Assembly (NCBI GenBank): GCA_043803945.1
Contig: JAZDJN010000012.1
Location: 58,800-122,799 of the forward strand
DNA length: 64,000 nt
Origin: a bacterium
Lineage (GTDB): Bacteria; Bacteroidota; Ignavibacteria; UBA10030
Reading direction: 5' to 3'
The notes beneath the pieces were generated by a model. That model was not told the DNA's origin. It did no database searches and worked only from the letters and a program-made list of their open reading frames with translations. A program made the position numbers and the translations under genes. Shown here in pieces: positions 9,477 to 20,114 of the stretch (positions within the stretch are counted from its first letter, which is position 1; each line of letters opens with the position of its first letter).

Positions 9477-10979
9477 ATGAAGCTCGCTCAACTGCTTGAA
9501 GGAATTCCGGTGACAAAGTTTTTCCATACACACTACGGAAGATTTGTGCCGACACAGGATGTTGAGATTCATCAACTTCAGTATGACTCACGCAAGGTGG
9601 AGAAGGAAGATTGTTTCATTGCGATCCGCGGCACAGGTGCTGACGGGCATCACTACATTGGAACAGCCATTGAACGTGGCGCCAAGGTGATCGTCCTCGA
9701 AAACGATCAGGTGCTGCCAGACTCGTACTTCATGCATGCCGGAGTCGCCAAAGTCGTGGTGCCTGATTCACGCAAAGCACTTGCCCTGATGGCGGCAACG
9801 TATTACGGTCATCCATCGCGCAAATTAACCATGGTAGGCGTTACCGGCACAAACGGAAAAACAACAACATCGCATATCATCAAATCGATTTGCGAGGCGG
9901 CGGGGAACAAAGTCGGATTGATCGGCACAATCGAATATATGATCGGGAATGAGCGCAGACCGGCAACTCATACAACACCGGAATCGCTCGAACTGCAATC
10001 ATTGCTCGCACAAATGGTGGAACGTGGGTGCACCACCGTGTCGATGGAAGTATCATCGCATGCACTGCATCAATCCCGCGTTCATGGTGTTGAATATACG
10101 ACCGCTGTTTTCACCAATCTGACGCAGGACCACCTTGATTACCATGGATCGATGGAAGAGTATTACAGAACAAAAAACATACTCTTTGAGAGTTTATCCC
10201 CTGCCGCAAGCGCAGTGATCAATATTGATGACCCCTGGAGTTCCCGATTCCTCACATCGACCAGGGCAAGGGCTGTACGATTCGGCAGCACTCCCAACGC
10301 ATCGGTCTATCCAACAGACATAGAACTCTCCATCAACGGGACAAACCTTATCATTCATTACGAGGGAGGATCCATCGCACTTGCCTCATCCCTTGTTGGC
10401 CGGTTTAATGTTTCGAATATTCTTGCTTCCTTTTCGGCGGGATATTCACTTGGCTTTTCGGCGGAGACGATAAAGCACGGAATTGAACAGGTGAAGAATG
10501 TCCGTGGTAGATTTGAGCGTGTGGCATCACCGGCGGGATGGTCGGCAATCATCGACTATGCGCATACACCCGATGCACTGGAAAAATGCCTCATGACGCT
10601 TCACGATGTCCTTCCCTCCGATCATCGGGGAACGATTATTACTGTCTTCGGCGCAGGCGGCGATCGCGACAAAACAAAACGTCCGTTGATGGGCACTGTG
10701 GCCAGCCGATTGAGTGATCTAACCATTGTCACTTCAGATAATCCGCGCACAGAGAACCCGGAGCAAATAATTGATGATGTTATCAGGGGCGTTGTTCCGT
10801 CTGCACAGGTTCTGCGGGTGACAGACCGGCGAAACGCTATTCAGCGCGCGATTCAACTGGCACACCCCAGTGACACAATTCTGATCGCAGGCAAAGGGCA
10901 CGAAGAGTATCAGGTGATCGGCAAAGAAAAACTTCACTTCAGTGACCGGGAAGTGGTTGAGGAGTTGATGCACAGATGA
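9477..10979 (+). CDS. murE: UDP-MurNAc-tripeptide synthetase MurE (meso-DAP type)
   Basis: GVTGTNGKTT, MEVSSH, DHLDYH, DYAHTPD, DNPR (DAP-specific), AGKGHE. Confidence 0.97.
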   Translation: MKLAQLLEGIPVTKFFHTHYGRFVPTQDVEIHQLQYDSRKVEKEDCFIAIRGTGADGHHYIGTAIERGAKVIVLENDQVLPDSYFMHAGVAKVVVPDSRKALALMAATYYGHPSRKLTMVGVTGTNGKTTTSHIIKSICEAAGNKVGLIGTIEYMIGNERRPATHTTPESLELQSLLAQMVERGCTTVSMEVSSHALHQSRVHGVEYTTAVFTNLTQDHLDYHGSMEEYYRTKNILFESLSPAASAVINIDDPWSSRFLTSTRARAVRFGSTPNASVYPTDIELSINGTNLIIHYEGGSIALASSLVGRFNVSNILASFSAGYSLGFSAETIKHGIEQVKNVRGRFERVASPAGWSAIIDYAHTPDALEKCLMTLHDVLPSDHRGTIITVFGAGGDRDKTKRPLMGTVASRLSDLTIVTSDNPRTENPEQIIDDVIRGVVPSAQVLRVTDRRNAIQRAIQLAHPSDTILIAGKGHEEYQVIGKEKLHFSDREVVEELMHR

Positions 10980-12400
10980 AACTTGCCGCGACCGACATAT
11001 TGAATCTGCCCCACGATCGGGCTGTGGGATTCGAAAAAGGGAAACGTATCGAACTCACAGGGGTTTCTACAGATACCCGTTCCGTGAACAAGGGTGATCT
11101 GTTTATTGCACTCCGCGGTTGCAAATTTGACGGCCACGATTTCCTCACTAAAACAGTAGGATCCGGAGCCCGAGCTGTTGTCGTCGAAAAGAAATGGGCT
11201 GAATTCAATTCCATTCTCCTGTCAAGCCTCTATATTCCCGCTCTCATCGTGGAAAGCACACTTCATACGCTCGGCGATCTCGGGCGGATGATTCGCCGCC
11301 GGTTTGATATCCCGATTTTGGTCGTAGCGGGCAGCAACGGCAAGACAACAACAAAGGATATGATCGCCAATGTGCTCGGGATGAAATATCGGGTGCTGAG
11401 TACACAAGGAAACCTGAACAATCAGATCGGCGTACCGCAGACACTCTTCCGTTTGGAGGAAGATCATCAGATTGCCGTTATCGAGATTGGCACCAATCAC
11501 TTCGGTGAACTTGCTTATCTCTGCACTATCGTCGAACCAACGCATGCGCTGATCACCACAATCGGTCGTGAACACCTCGAATTTTTTGGATCGATCGAAG
11601 GTGTCGCACAGGCGGAAGGCGAAGTTTTTGAATGGTGTAAATCGAATGGGACAACATCGGGATCGGTGTTTGTGAATGCCGACGACCCATTCCTTGCAGA
11701 GCAAGTAAAAAGCATGCGCAAAAAAGTGACTTACGGATTAACAGCCGAGCACCCCGATGTCATGGGAAGAATTCTTACGGTCAACAATCGAGGGTGTGTT
11801 ACCCTCAGGGTAAAACCCACAGGCAAGCGGCCGATCGAAATTGAACTTTCAGTACCCGGACAACACAATGCACTAAATGCTCTTGCGGCAGTCACCGTCG
11901 GACTAACATTTAAAGTTCCACGAATTAAAATACAGGAAGCCCTGCAGTCGTTCACGGCATCGAGCAAGAGAATGCAGATCGTTACGATGAGAGAAATTAC
12001 CGTCATTAACGATACATATAATTCCAATCCCGATTCTGTTCTCGCAGCATTTTCAACATTGAACAGTATCAGTTCGAGCGGGAGGAAAATCGCCGTGTTA
12101 GCCGACATGCTCGAATTAGGAGCGAGGGCTGTTGAAGAACACAGCAAGATCGGTTCGGCAGTCGAAGGGGCGGGAATAGAGTGTCTTCTCACCTTCGGCC
12201 CCCTTTCGAAGAGCACTCATGACGCTGCAACAATTGAACACAAAATTCACTTTAATTCGAAGGCCATGCTGTCCGAGCATCTCGCCGGCCTTGTCGCTCC
12301 CGGCGATGTCGTACTGGTCAAGGGGTCCAATAGCATGAAAATGGAAGAGGTCGTTCTCTTCCTTGCAGAGCATGCAAAAGCTCAGGCGCAGACAGTGTAG
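10976..12400 (+). CDS. murF: UDP-MurNAc-pentapeptide synthetase MurF
   Basis: GSNGKTTTK, NLNNQIGVP, NDTYNSNPDS, DMLELG, LVKGS. Confidence 0.96.
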   Translation: MKLAATDILNLPHDRAVGFEKGKRIELTGVSTDTRSVNKGDLFIALRGCKFDGHDFLTKTVGSGARAVVVEKKWAEFNSILLSSLYIPALIVESTLHTLGDLGRMIRRRFDIPILVVAGSNGKTTTKDMIANVLGMKYRVLSTQGNLNNQIGVPQTLFRLEEDHQIAVIEIGTNHFGELAYLCTIVEPTHALITTIGREHLEFFGSIEGVAQAEGEVFEWCKSNGTTSGSVFVNADDPFLAEQVKSMRKKVTYGLTAEHPDVMGRILTVNNRGCVTLRVKPTGKRPIEIELSVPGQHNALNALAAVTVGLTFKVPRIKIQEALQSFTASSKRMQIVTMREITVINDTYNSNPDSVLAAFSTLNSISSSGRKIAVLADMLELGARAVEEHSKIGSAVEGAGIECLLTFGPLSKSTHDAATIEHKIHFNSKAMLSEHLAGLVAPGDVVLVKGSNSMKMEEVVLFLAEHAKAQAQTV

Positions 12401-12414
12401 GAAGGGATCATTCG

Positions 12415-13539
12415 GTGCTCTATTACCTCTTAACATATCTTGACAAGCATTTTCATCCTCCCGGATTCGGTCTTTTCAAATATATTACCTTTCGGGCCGG
12501 AGCCGCTGCAGTAACCGCTCTTATTATTGCCTTTTGGATTGGACCAAAGATCATTCGGATGTTGAAGGCACATCAGATCGGCGAAGCGGCAAAACTTGAA
12601 GCTCCGAAAACGCATTTGAGCAAAGCCGGTACACCAACCATGGGCGGATTGATCGTTCTGGCCTCGCTCCTTATTCCAGTACTTCTCTGGGCAGACATCC
12701 TCAATGGCTATATCATCTTAATTGTGTTTGTGACAACCACACTCGGTGCAGTCGGATTCCTTGACGATTATCTCAAGGTGGTTAAGAAAAAACCAAAAGG
12801 ATTAATCGCCCGATATAAAGTTGTCGGACAGGTATTTGTCGGATTGGTCCTGGGATATATCGTCTACTTCCATCCCGAGTGGATTCACTCATCGCTCGTT
12901 CAGGTGAGTTCAAAAACCACGGTTCCGTTTTTCAAGAACCTCGAGATCAATTTTGGAATTCTGTATATCCCGCTGGTCATCTTCATTATTATAGCAACGT
13001 CGAACGGAGTGAATCTGACCGATGGATTGGATGGATTAGCGATTGGAACGGTAGGCATTGCCGGCTTCACCCTGGCAATCATCGCCTATGCTTCGGGTCA
13101 TGCAACTTGGAGCCGGTATCTTACAATTCCCCATCTGTTAGGTAATGGCGAACTGGCAATTTTCTGTGCCGCCCTGGTGGGAGCGGCATTGGGATTCCTC
13201 TGGTTTAACAGTTACCCGGCACAGGTCTTCATGGGAGATACCGGCTCCCTGGCACTCGGGGGTATCATCGGCGCTATGTGTGTCCTGATCAAACAGGAAT
13301 TTCTGCTGCCGGTGCTCGGCGGAATCTTCGTAATGGAAACGGCATCGGTCATCATTCAACGGACCTATTTCAAGTACACGAAAAAGAAATGCGGCGAAGG
13401 GCGCCGTGTCTTCCGTATGGCGCCAATTCATCATCACTTTGAATTGCTCGGTTGGCCTGAGCCTAAAATTGTGACACGATTCTACATCATTGCAATACTC
13501 CTGATGATTATCAGTTTGGCTACGTTAAAAATACGATAG
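12415..13539 (+). CDS. mraY: Phospho-MurNAc-pentapeptide transferase MraY
   Basis: KAGTPTMGG, GFLDDY, NLTDGLDGLA, FMGDTGSLALG, MAPIHHHFE. Confidence 0.98.
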   Translation: MLYYLLTYLDKHFHPPGFGLFKYITFRAGAAAVTALIIAFWIGPKIIRMLKAHQIGEAAKLEAPKTHLSKAGTPTMGGLIVLASLLIPVLLWADILNGYIILIVFVTTTLGAVGFLDDYLKVVKKKPKGLIARYKVVGQVFVGLVLGYIVYFHPEWIHSSLVQVSSKTTVPFFKNLEINFGILYIPLVIFIIIATSNGVNLTDGLDGLAIGTVGIAGFTLAIIAYASGHATWSRYLTIPHLLGNGELAIFCAALVGAALGFLWFNSYPAQVFMGDTGSLALGGIIGAMCVLIKQEFLLPVLGGIFVMETASVIIQRTYFKYTKKKCGEGRRVFRMAPIHHHFELLGWPEPKIVTRFYIIAILLMIISLATLKIR

Positions 13540-13555
13540 GAAAACGGATTCACGA

Positions 13556-14914
13556 ATGCATAGTGCAGAACTACACGATCAACCGGTAAGTATCATTGGC
13601 GGTGCTCGCAGCGGAGTCGCTGTTGCGAAGCTGCTCCGGTCGCATGGGGCAATCCCCTTTCTGAGCGATGCACAATCATCCGAGAAGCTTCGCGGGAACA
13701 TTCCGGAATTGGAACATGCCCGTATCGCCTATGAACTTGGCGGCCATACAGAACGGGTATATCAGTGTTCGCTGATGGTGATCAGCCCCGGCGTTCCCAG
13801 TACAGCGCCCGTCGTTGTCGAAGCACTGAAGCGTGGAATAACTGTTGCAAGCGAAGTTGAGACAGCAAGCTGGTATTGTTCTTCCCCCATCATTGCCATC
13901 ACCGGCAGCAATGGAAAGACAACAACAACGACCCTCATAGGCCGGATGATGGGCGATGCCCGCAAGGGTCATCGGGTAGCTGGAAATATTGGGACCGCGT
14001 TTTCTTCAATTGTCGGCGATCTCCAACCCGGCGATGCGGCCATACTGGAGATCAGCAGTTTTCAGCTTGATCATTGCTCGACATTCAAGGCGCTCATTTC
14101 GGTGCTATTAAATATCACTCAGAATCATATGGATCGGTACAACAATTCAATGCAACAATATGCCGAATCCAAAGCAAGAATTTTCATGAACCAATCGGGA
14201 TCCGATGTGGTGATTTATAACAGTGATGATGAATGGATCATGCAGATGATTCAGCGTGCAAGATGCAAAACTATCGGATTCAGCATCAGGCAGCCGCTTG
14301 AAGAAGGGGCTTTTGTAGAAAATGGTATGCTCGTTACTTCCTTTAATGGAAAACGAAATGAAATCATTAATACTCATGAAATCAGCATCAAAGGACCACA
14401 CAATCTTTATAACGCCATGGCATCAACATTGACAGCACAACTGATGGGCGTTCACCCGGCGTCGATTCGGGCCACGCTCAGGAATTTCAAAGGGGTTGAA
14501 CATCGCCAGGAATTTGTCCGTGAAGTAAATGGAGTCAAATACTATAACGACTCAAAAGCGACGAGTATCGACGCCGTATGGTACGCACTCCAGGCATTTA
14601 ACCAGCCAATCATTCTGATGTTAGGCGGGCGTGATAAAGGGAATGATTATCGCCGCATTGCCCAGCTTGTTCAGGAGCACGTCCGTGCCATCGTTGCCTT
14701 GGGTGAATCGGCCGGCAAGGTTGAAGAAGCATTTTCTTCGCTCAAACCGGTAAAGAAGGCATCTTCGATTGACGAAGCGGTACTGCTTGCTCAAAGTCTG
14801 GCACTGAAGGGCGATGTCGTGTTACTCTCACCGGCATGTGCATCCTTTGACTGGTTTGAGAATTATGAACAGCGTGGAAGAGTATTTAAAGAACTTGTGA
14901 AAAATCTGGAATGA
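13556..14914 (+). CDS. murD: UDP-MurNAc-L-Ala:D-Glu ligase MurD
   Basis: SPGVP, ITGSNGKTTTT, EISSFQL, NDSKAT, LLSPACASFD. Confidence 0.97.
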   Translation: MHSAELHDQPVSIIGGARSGVAVAKLLRSHGAIPFLSDAQSSEKLRGNIPELEHARIAYELGGHTERVYQCSLMVISPGVPSTAPVVVEALKRGITVASEVETASWYCSSPIIAITGSNGKTTTTTLIGRMMGDARKGHRVAGNIGTAFSSIVGDLQPGDAAILEISSFQLDHCSTFKALISVLLNITQNHMDRYNNSMQQYAESKARIFMNQSGSDVVIYNSDDEWIMQMIQRARCKTIGFSIRQPLEEGAFVENGMLVTSFNGKRNEIINTHEISIKGPHNLYNAMASTLTAQLMGVHPASIRATLRNFKGVEHRQEFVREVNGVKYYNDSKATSIDAVWYALQAFNQPIILMLGGRDKGNDYRRIAQLVQEHVRAIVALGESAGKVEEAFSSLKPVKKASSIDEAVLLAQSLALKGDVVLLSPACASFDWFENYEQRGRVFKELVKNLE

Positions 14915-16077
14915 CAAAATCCCAGCGCAACCATATTGACCTGGTAACTCTGGTCGCCGTACTGATCCTGATGGTGCTGAGCCTCGGTGTTGTCTATAGC
15001 GCCTCCGCAACATGGGCGCTGGAAAAACTCGGCGATAGCAGCCGGCTGCTCAATCGCCATATTCTCAAAGTCCTTCTTGGCTTGGTCGCGCTCTTTGCCG
15101 GCATGATGTTGAATTATAACAAGTATAAGAAATTTACTAAAATCGCGCTCATCGCCGCTATTGCCCTGCTTGTCATAACGCTTATCCTGGGCGGCGAAGT
15201 GAAGGGAGCAACACGATGGTTGAAGCTTGGCGGTTTGAGTATCCAGCCGTCGGAATTTGCCAAATTTGCGCTGCTGTTTCACTTATGCACACTCATCGCT
15301 TCCAAAGGTGAGATGATCAAGAATCTAAAGAAGGGTTACCTTCCTATGCTCATCTGGATTGGGATAGTAACCGGCCTGGTTCTCCTTCAGCCAAATTTCA
15401 GCACCGGCTCGATGATCATCCTGATCAGCGTCGTGATGTTGTACATCAGCCGTGCACGGATCAACCATCTCATCCTCACAGGACTCGTTGGAATCGTGCT
15501 CCTTGTTGCAGTGGCCTACACACATCCTCACGTGATGAAGAGAATTGACACCTATATACACGGAGGCACCGGCGAGAGCGGCAGCAACTATCAGCTTACC
15601 CAGGGAATTATTGGCTTTGGGAATGGCGGTATTTTCGGTGTGGGGCCCGGCGAGAGCAAGCAACGCGATTTTTTTCTGCCCGAATCGTATGGCGATTTTG
15701 TGTTCTCCATTGTTGGCGAGGAATATGGTGTTCTCGGGACCATGTTTTTTATGACATTGTTCCTCATCATTATGCTGCGAGGGTTTAAGATTGCAAAGTC
15801 TGCGCGGGATGAATTCGGCCGGCTGCTCGCTGTTGGGATCACAAGCGTGATTACGCTGTATGCCCTGGTCAACGCGGGCGTCACGCTCGGTGTGCTGCCC
15901 ACAACAGGACTGCCGATGCCATTTGTCAGTTACGGCGGATCGTCGCTGCTCTTTACTTCGTTCGCAGTAGGCGTGCTGCTCAATATTTCATCTCAGACCG
16001 ATATGCACCCGCGGCGAACGGTCGAAGAACCCGGTCCGGTCATTGCATCCGAAGACCAGACGGCAAAAGTATATTAG
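14911..16077 (+). CDS. ftsW: SEDS peptidoglycan polymerase FtsW
   Basis: GATRW, QPSEFAK, LPESYGDF, GEEYG, PTTGLPMPFVSYGGSS. Confidence 0.95.
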   Translation: MTKSQRNHIDLVTLVAVLILMVLSLGVVYSASATWALEKLGDSSRLLNRHILKVLLGLVALFAGMMLNYNKYKKFTKIALIAAIALLVITLILGGEVKGATRWLKLGGLSIQPSEFAKFALLFHLCTLIASKGEMIKNLKKGYLPMLIWIGIVTGLVLLQPNFSTGSMIILISVVMLYISRARINHLILTGLVGIVLLVAVAYTHPHVMKRIDTYIHGGTGESGSNYQLTQGIIGFGNGGIFGVGPGESKQRDFFLPESYGDFVFSIVGEEYGVLGTMFFMTLFLIIMLRGFKIAKSARDEFGRLLAVGITSVITLYALVNAGVTLGVLPTTGLPMPFVSYGGSSLLFTSFAVGVLLNISSQTDMHPRRTVEEPGPVIASEDQTAKVY

Positions 16078-16085
16078 GAATCCAT

Positions 16086-17186
16086 GTGTCGAGGACAGAA
16101 CCGAGGATACTGATTGCGGCGGGGGGAACAGGAGGGCATCTGTTCCCGGCTCTTGCAATCGCCGATGAACTAAAACGAATGAGACCATCGGCAGAGATTT
16201 TGTTCGTCGGCACTAAAGAAAAAATTGAAACCAGGATCGTTCCCCAGCGCGGGTATGCATTTCAAACGATCTGGATTAGTGGGCTTCACAGAAGGCTGAC
16301 GATCGAGAATCTTCTGTTTCCACTGAAGGTCTGTGTGTCGTTGCTGCAATCGTTCTTTCTCATACGCCGCTTTCAACCGCATGCCGTCATCGGTACTGGA
16401 GGGTATGTCTGCGGACCGGTTTTGTATGTTGCATCGCTTATAAATATCCCGGTCTTCATCCATGAATCCAATAGTTTTCCCGGTGTTACAACCCGGATGC
16501 TTGCCGGACGGGCTGAGCGAGTATACATCGCCTTTGAGGTATCGAAACGATGGCTGAAACGAACCGATCATGTTGAACTTGTGGGAACACCGACGCGGGA
16601 AAGCCTCGGTACAATTCCTGCTGCCGAGGGGCGAAAGTTTTTTCAACTCGATCCCGCCAGGAAAACAGTTCTTGTCATGGGCGGATCGCTTGGTGCCGCC
16701 TCAATTAATACTGCCGTTCTTGATATGCTTGATACAGTCATTGCGGCGGACATACAATTAATTTGGCAGACCGGCAAAGCAGATTTCGAGAGGATTAAGT
16801 CGGTCGTTGGAGAAAAGCGGTTCGCGTGGCTCGGGCCGTTTATTGATACAATGGAATATGCGCTCGGCGCAGCCGATGTTGTTGTGTGCAGAGCCGGTGC
16901 GACAACGATTGCTGAACTGACTCGGACGGGAAAGCCGGCGATTCTAATTCCCTACCCGCACGCAGCGGCTGATCATCAGACACATAATGCACAATCGTTG
17001 GTGGATGCCGGAGCAGCGCTGATGATAGCCGATACTGAGGTTCGAAGCAAACTCGGTACCGCAGTGCTGCAATTGGTGAACGATCAAAACAGGTTAAGCG
17101 ACATGAGTACGGCAGCTACCCGATTCGGGAGGCCAAAGGCGGCAACAACGATTGCAGAACAAATTCTTAAAGCTATTCAAGAGTAG
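16086..17186 (+). CDS. murG: Lipid II GlcNAc transferase MurG
   Basis: GGTGGHLFP, GTGGYV, GGSLGA, RAGATT, DHQTHNA. Confidence 0.97.
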   Translation: MSRTEPRILIAAGGTGGHLFPALAIADELKRMRPSAEILFVGTKEKIETRIVPQRGYAFQTIWISGLHRRLTIENLLFPLKVCVSLLQSFFLIRRFQPHAVIGTGGYVCGPVLYVASLINIPVFIHESNSFPGVTTRMLAGRAERVYIAFEVSKRWLKRTDHVELVGTPTRESLGTIPAAEGRKFFQLDPARKTVLVMGGSLGAASINTAVLDMLDTVIAADIQLIWQTGKADFERIKSVVGEKRFAWLGPFIDTMEYALGAADVVVCRAGATTIAELTRTGKPAILIPYPHAAADHQTHNAQSLVDAGAALMIADTEVRSKLGTAVLQLVNDQNRLSDMSTAATRFGRPKAATTIAEQILKAIQE

Positions 17187-17187
17187 A

Positions 17188-17685
17188 ATGGTGGAGAAAG
17201 TTTTTAAATATAAACTCGACTTTTACTACATGCAGTCATTATCGTACCTGCTTGTATTTTTTCTCTATGCGGGAGTGAAAGGAAGTTTCTTTGAGGATCA
17301 TTTCATGTTCGTCTTCAAAGACCCGATTGTGTACATCATGAGTTTCTTTGTCGTGATATCGCTGGCAACGCTCCTTCTGAATCTGTTCCGGAACAGGAAC
17401 TTGGTGATCACTGAGGACCGTATAACCTTTCGCTCGAGAAAGAAAGAGCGCCAGATCAAGATTGCAGACATTGAGTGGATGTATATTGGCCGCGAGGCTC
17501 TTGTGCAAACGGCGGGACGTTTTCAAATGATCATCCTGAAAAGAAAGAGCCGCCGCCGATTAATCAGGATACGCGTTGGCCGATATGAACACAGTCATGA
17601 ACTCATTGCTGAAATGGAGCGTATTGCCCAGCATGTGCCGAAGGGAACAATGAAATCTTTTGGGATGAGAAGAAGAAAGCCCTGA
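17188..17685 (+). CDS. Hypothetical membrane protein (2 TM plus basic, possibly PH-like, domain) within the dcw cluster
   Basis: ATG 1 nt after the murG stop; two hydrophobic segments followed by a beta-rich basic domain. Confidence 0.7.
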   Translation: MVEKVFKYKLDFYYMQSLSYLLVFFLYAGVKGSFFEDHFMFVFKDPIVYIMSFFVVISLATLLLNLFRNRNLVITEDRITFRSRKKERQIKIADIEWMYIGREALVQTAGRFQMIILKRKSRRRLIRIRVGRYEHSHELIAEMERIAQHVPKGTMKSFGMRRRKP

Positions 17686-17806
17686 CGAGCTTCGAGGGCA
17701 AGGGCTGAATACCCGTCAGTACACGATGCCTTGATGTGGAAACAGGCAGTATGAAGAATCAATGAATCATAATTCTTTGAAGACGATCTAAGAACACATA
17801 ACAGTT

Positions 17807-19186
17807 ATGTTCTCCTCTATTAAAAAAATACATTTTGTCGGGATTGGCGGAATCGGCATGAGCGGTATCGCCGAGATCCTCATCGATCAGGGATTCAACG
17901 TGAGCGGCTCCGACCGCAGCCTTTCCGAAGTCACCGAGCGCCTCCAACTGCTCGGGGCAACCATCGTTGAGGGCCACAAACCGGAAAACATTGCCGATGA
18001 TGTTGACGCTCTTGTGTATTCTTCAGCTGTCTCCTTTGATAATCCGGAGGTCATCGAGGCCCAGAGGCGAAAGATTCCCATCATTCGGCGTGCCGAGATG
18101 CTGGCCGAGGTAATGCGGTTGAAATATGGCATCGGGATCGCGGGCACACACGGCAAGACAACAACAACCTCGATGATCAGCCTTGTCCTGATGGAGGGGA
18201 ATCTCGATCCCACGGTCATCGTCGGAGGCAAGTTAAGCGGGCTTGGCGGTACGAACGCCCGCCTTGGCCGCGGTGAGTTCATTGTCGTCGAGGCAGACGA
18301 GTTTGATCGCTCGTTCCTTTCCATCACTCCAACGATTGCCGTCTTGACGACGTTAGAGACTGATCATCTCGATTGCTACCGCGATCTGGAGGATATTAAA
18401 GGAGCCTTTGTTCAATTTGCGTCAAAGGTTCCCTTCTATGGCTTTGTTGTCCTATGCCTTGATGAACCTGCGCTGCTCGATATCATGCCGCAGTTCAATA
18501 AGAAAAAGCTTCTCACCTATGGATTGAATCCGCAGGCCGATGTACAGGCGGTCGATATCCGGCACAAAGATAACACATCGACATTCACGGTAACGCGGAA
18601 CAGGAACGACCTTGGTGAGATACTCCTTCAGGTTCCGGGAAAACACAACGTCCAGAATGCTCTTGCGGCAATCGCAGTCGGGCTTGATCTCGGTATTCCG
18701 TTTGAGAAGGTCAAGGCAGGGATAGAAAAATTTTCGGGTGTTTATCGCCGCTGGGAGAAAAAAGGCGAAGTCAACGGTATCACACTGTACGACGATTATG
18801 CCCATCACCCAACGGAATGCAGAGCAACGCTCTCCGGCGTAAAGTCGGGCTGGCGGCGGCGCGTAGTATGCGTGTTTCAGCCGCATCTCTATTCGCGAAC
18901 ACGCGATTTTTATGAGGAGTTTGGCAAATCGTTTTTGCTTTCTGACGTGCTGGTGGTAACCAATGTGTATCCTGCGCGGGAAGAGCCGATCCAGGGAATC
19001 ACCGGTGAGTTGATAGCGAATGCGGCAAAGAAATTCGGGCACAAGGAAGTGCATTACATACCGGAGAAGCTCAAGATTCCCAATTTTCTCACAACAATTG
19101 TGAAACCCGGTGATATTGTCATCACCATGGGAGCTGGTGATATCTGGAAGTATGGAGAAAAATTTTTAACCCTCTTGGAAGCATAA
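17807..19186 (+). CDS. murC: UDP-MurNAc:L-Ala ligase MurC
   Basis: HFVGIGGIGMSG, AGTHGKTTTTS, EADEFDRSFL, DDYAHHPTE, FQPHLYSRT. Confidence 0.98.
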   Translation: MFSSIKKIHFVGIGGIGMSGIAEILIDQGFNVSGSDRSLSEVTERLQLLGATIVEGHKPENIADDVDALVYSSAVSFDNPEVIEAQRRKIPIIRRAEMLAEVMRLKYGIGIAGTHGKTTTTSMISLVLMEGNLDPTVIVGGKLSGLGGTNARLGRGEFIVVEADEFDRSFLSITPTIAVLTTLETDHLDCYRDLEDIKGAFVQFASKVPFYGFVVLCLDEPALLDIMPQFNKKKLLTYGLNPQADVQAVDIRHKDNTSTFTVTRNRNDLGEILLQVPGKHNVQNALAAIAVGLDLGIPFEKVKAGIEKFSGVYRRWEKKGEVNGITLYDDYAHHPTECRATLSGVKSGWRRRVVCVFQPHLYSRTRDFYEEFGKSFLLSDVLVVTNVYPAREEPIQGITGELIANAAKKFGHKEVHYIPEKLKIPNFLTTIVKPGDIVITMGAGDIWKYGEKFLTLLEA

Positions 19187-19196
19187 AGTATCGGGC

Positions 19197-20114
19197 ATGG
19201 TTTCGTTAATCGACATACAACAATTTTTCCGCGGGAACATTGCCCTCAATGAGCCGATGGAAAAATACACCACCATGCGGGTTGGGGGTCCGGCAGATTA
19301 CTATCTGGAGCCGGTCGACAAACATGATCTGGCCGAACTTGTCAAATATTTTCAGAATCACTCCTTCCCTTTCATGGCGCTGGGAAGAGGAAGCAACATT
19401 GTGTTTAGCGATGAAGGATATCGCGGAGCTGTTATGAATCTCGAATCCCCCCTCTCGTCCCTCCGCTTGGAGGGGGAGATTGTCATTGCGGAAGCCGGCG
19501 CGCCATTGACCCGCTTTGTTGATTTTTGTATCCAGAACGGATTTTCCGGCGTTGAAATGCTTGCCGGTATTCCGGGTACCGTTGGCGGTGCCGTGATTAT
19601 GAATGCCGGTGCGTATGGCGGAGAGATCTCCAATTATCTTGTCGATGTCGAAGTGATCCGCAACGGCCAGCTTCAGTGCGTCAAAAAAGAAGAGGGGCAG
19701 TTTGTCTACCGGAATTCGGGCTTTGTCCATGATATTGTCCTGTGTGCAACATTCAAGCTGCCGCAGGGGAAAAAGGAAGCTCTTCTGGAACGCCGTCGCG
19801 AATTGATCTTGAAGCGGAATGCAAATCATCCGCTGAATTACCCTAACTCCGGGAGTATGTTTAAGAATCCACCGGGTAATCCTGCTGCAAAACTGATTGA
19901 GAGCGTCGGGCTTAAAGGAAAACGGGTTGGCAATGCTCAGATTTCTGAAAAGCATGCGAACTTTATCGTTAATCTTGGCGGTGCCAAAGCGGCAGACATT
20001 ATCACGCTGCTGGAACTCGCACGGCGCTCGGTGTACCAGCACAGCGGTATTCTCCTGGAGATCGAAGTGAAGCTCATAGGATTCTCCGAAGAAGTGAGGA
20101 AGCGGATCGCATGA
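19197..20114 (+). CDS. murB: UDP-N-acetylenolpyruvoylglucosamine reductase MurB
   Basis: GGPA, GRGSN, GIPGTVGGAVIMNAGAYG, GSMFKNP, KHANF. Confidence 0.97.
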   Translation: MVSLIDIQQFFRGNIALNEPMEKYTTMRVGGPADYYLEPVDKHDLAELVKYFQNHSFPFMALGRGSNIVFSDEGYRGAVMNLESPLSSLRLEGEIVIAEAGAPLTRFVDFCIQNGFSGVEMLAGIPGTVGGAVIMNAGAYGGEISNYLVDVEVIRNGQLQCVKKEEGQFVYRNSGFVHDIVLCATFKLPQGKKEALLERRRELILKRNANHPLNYPNSGSMFKNPPGNPAAKLIESVGLKGKRVGNAQISEKHANFIVNLGGAKAADIITLLELARRSVYQHSGILLEIEVKLIGFSEEVRKRIA

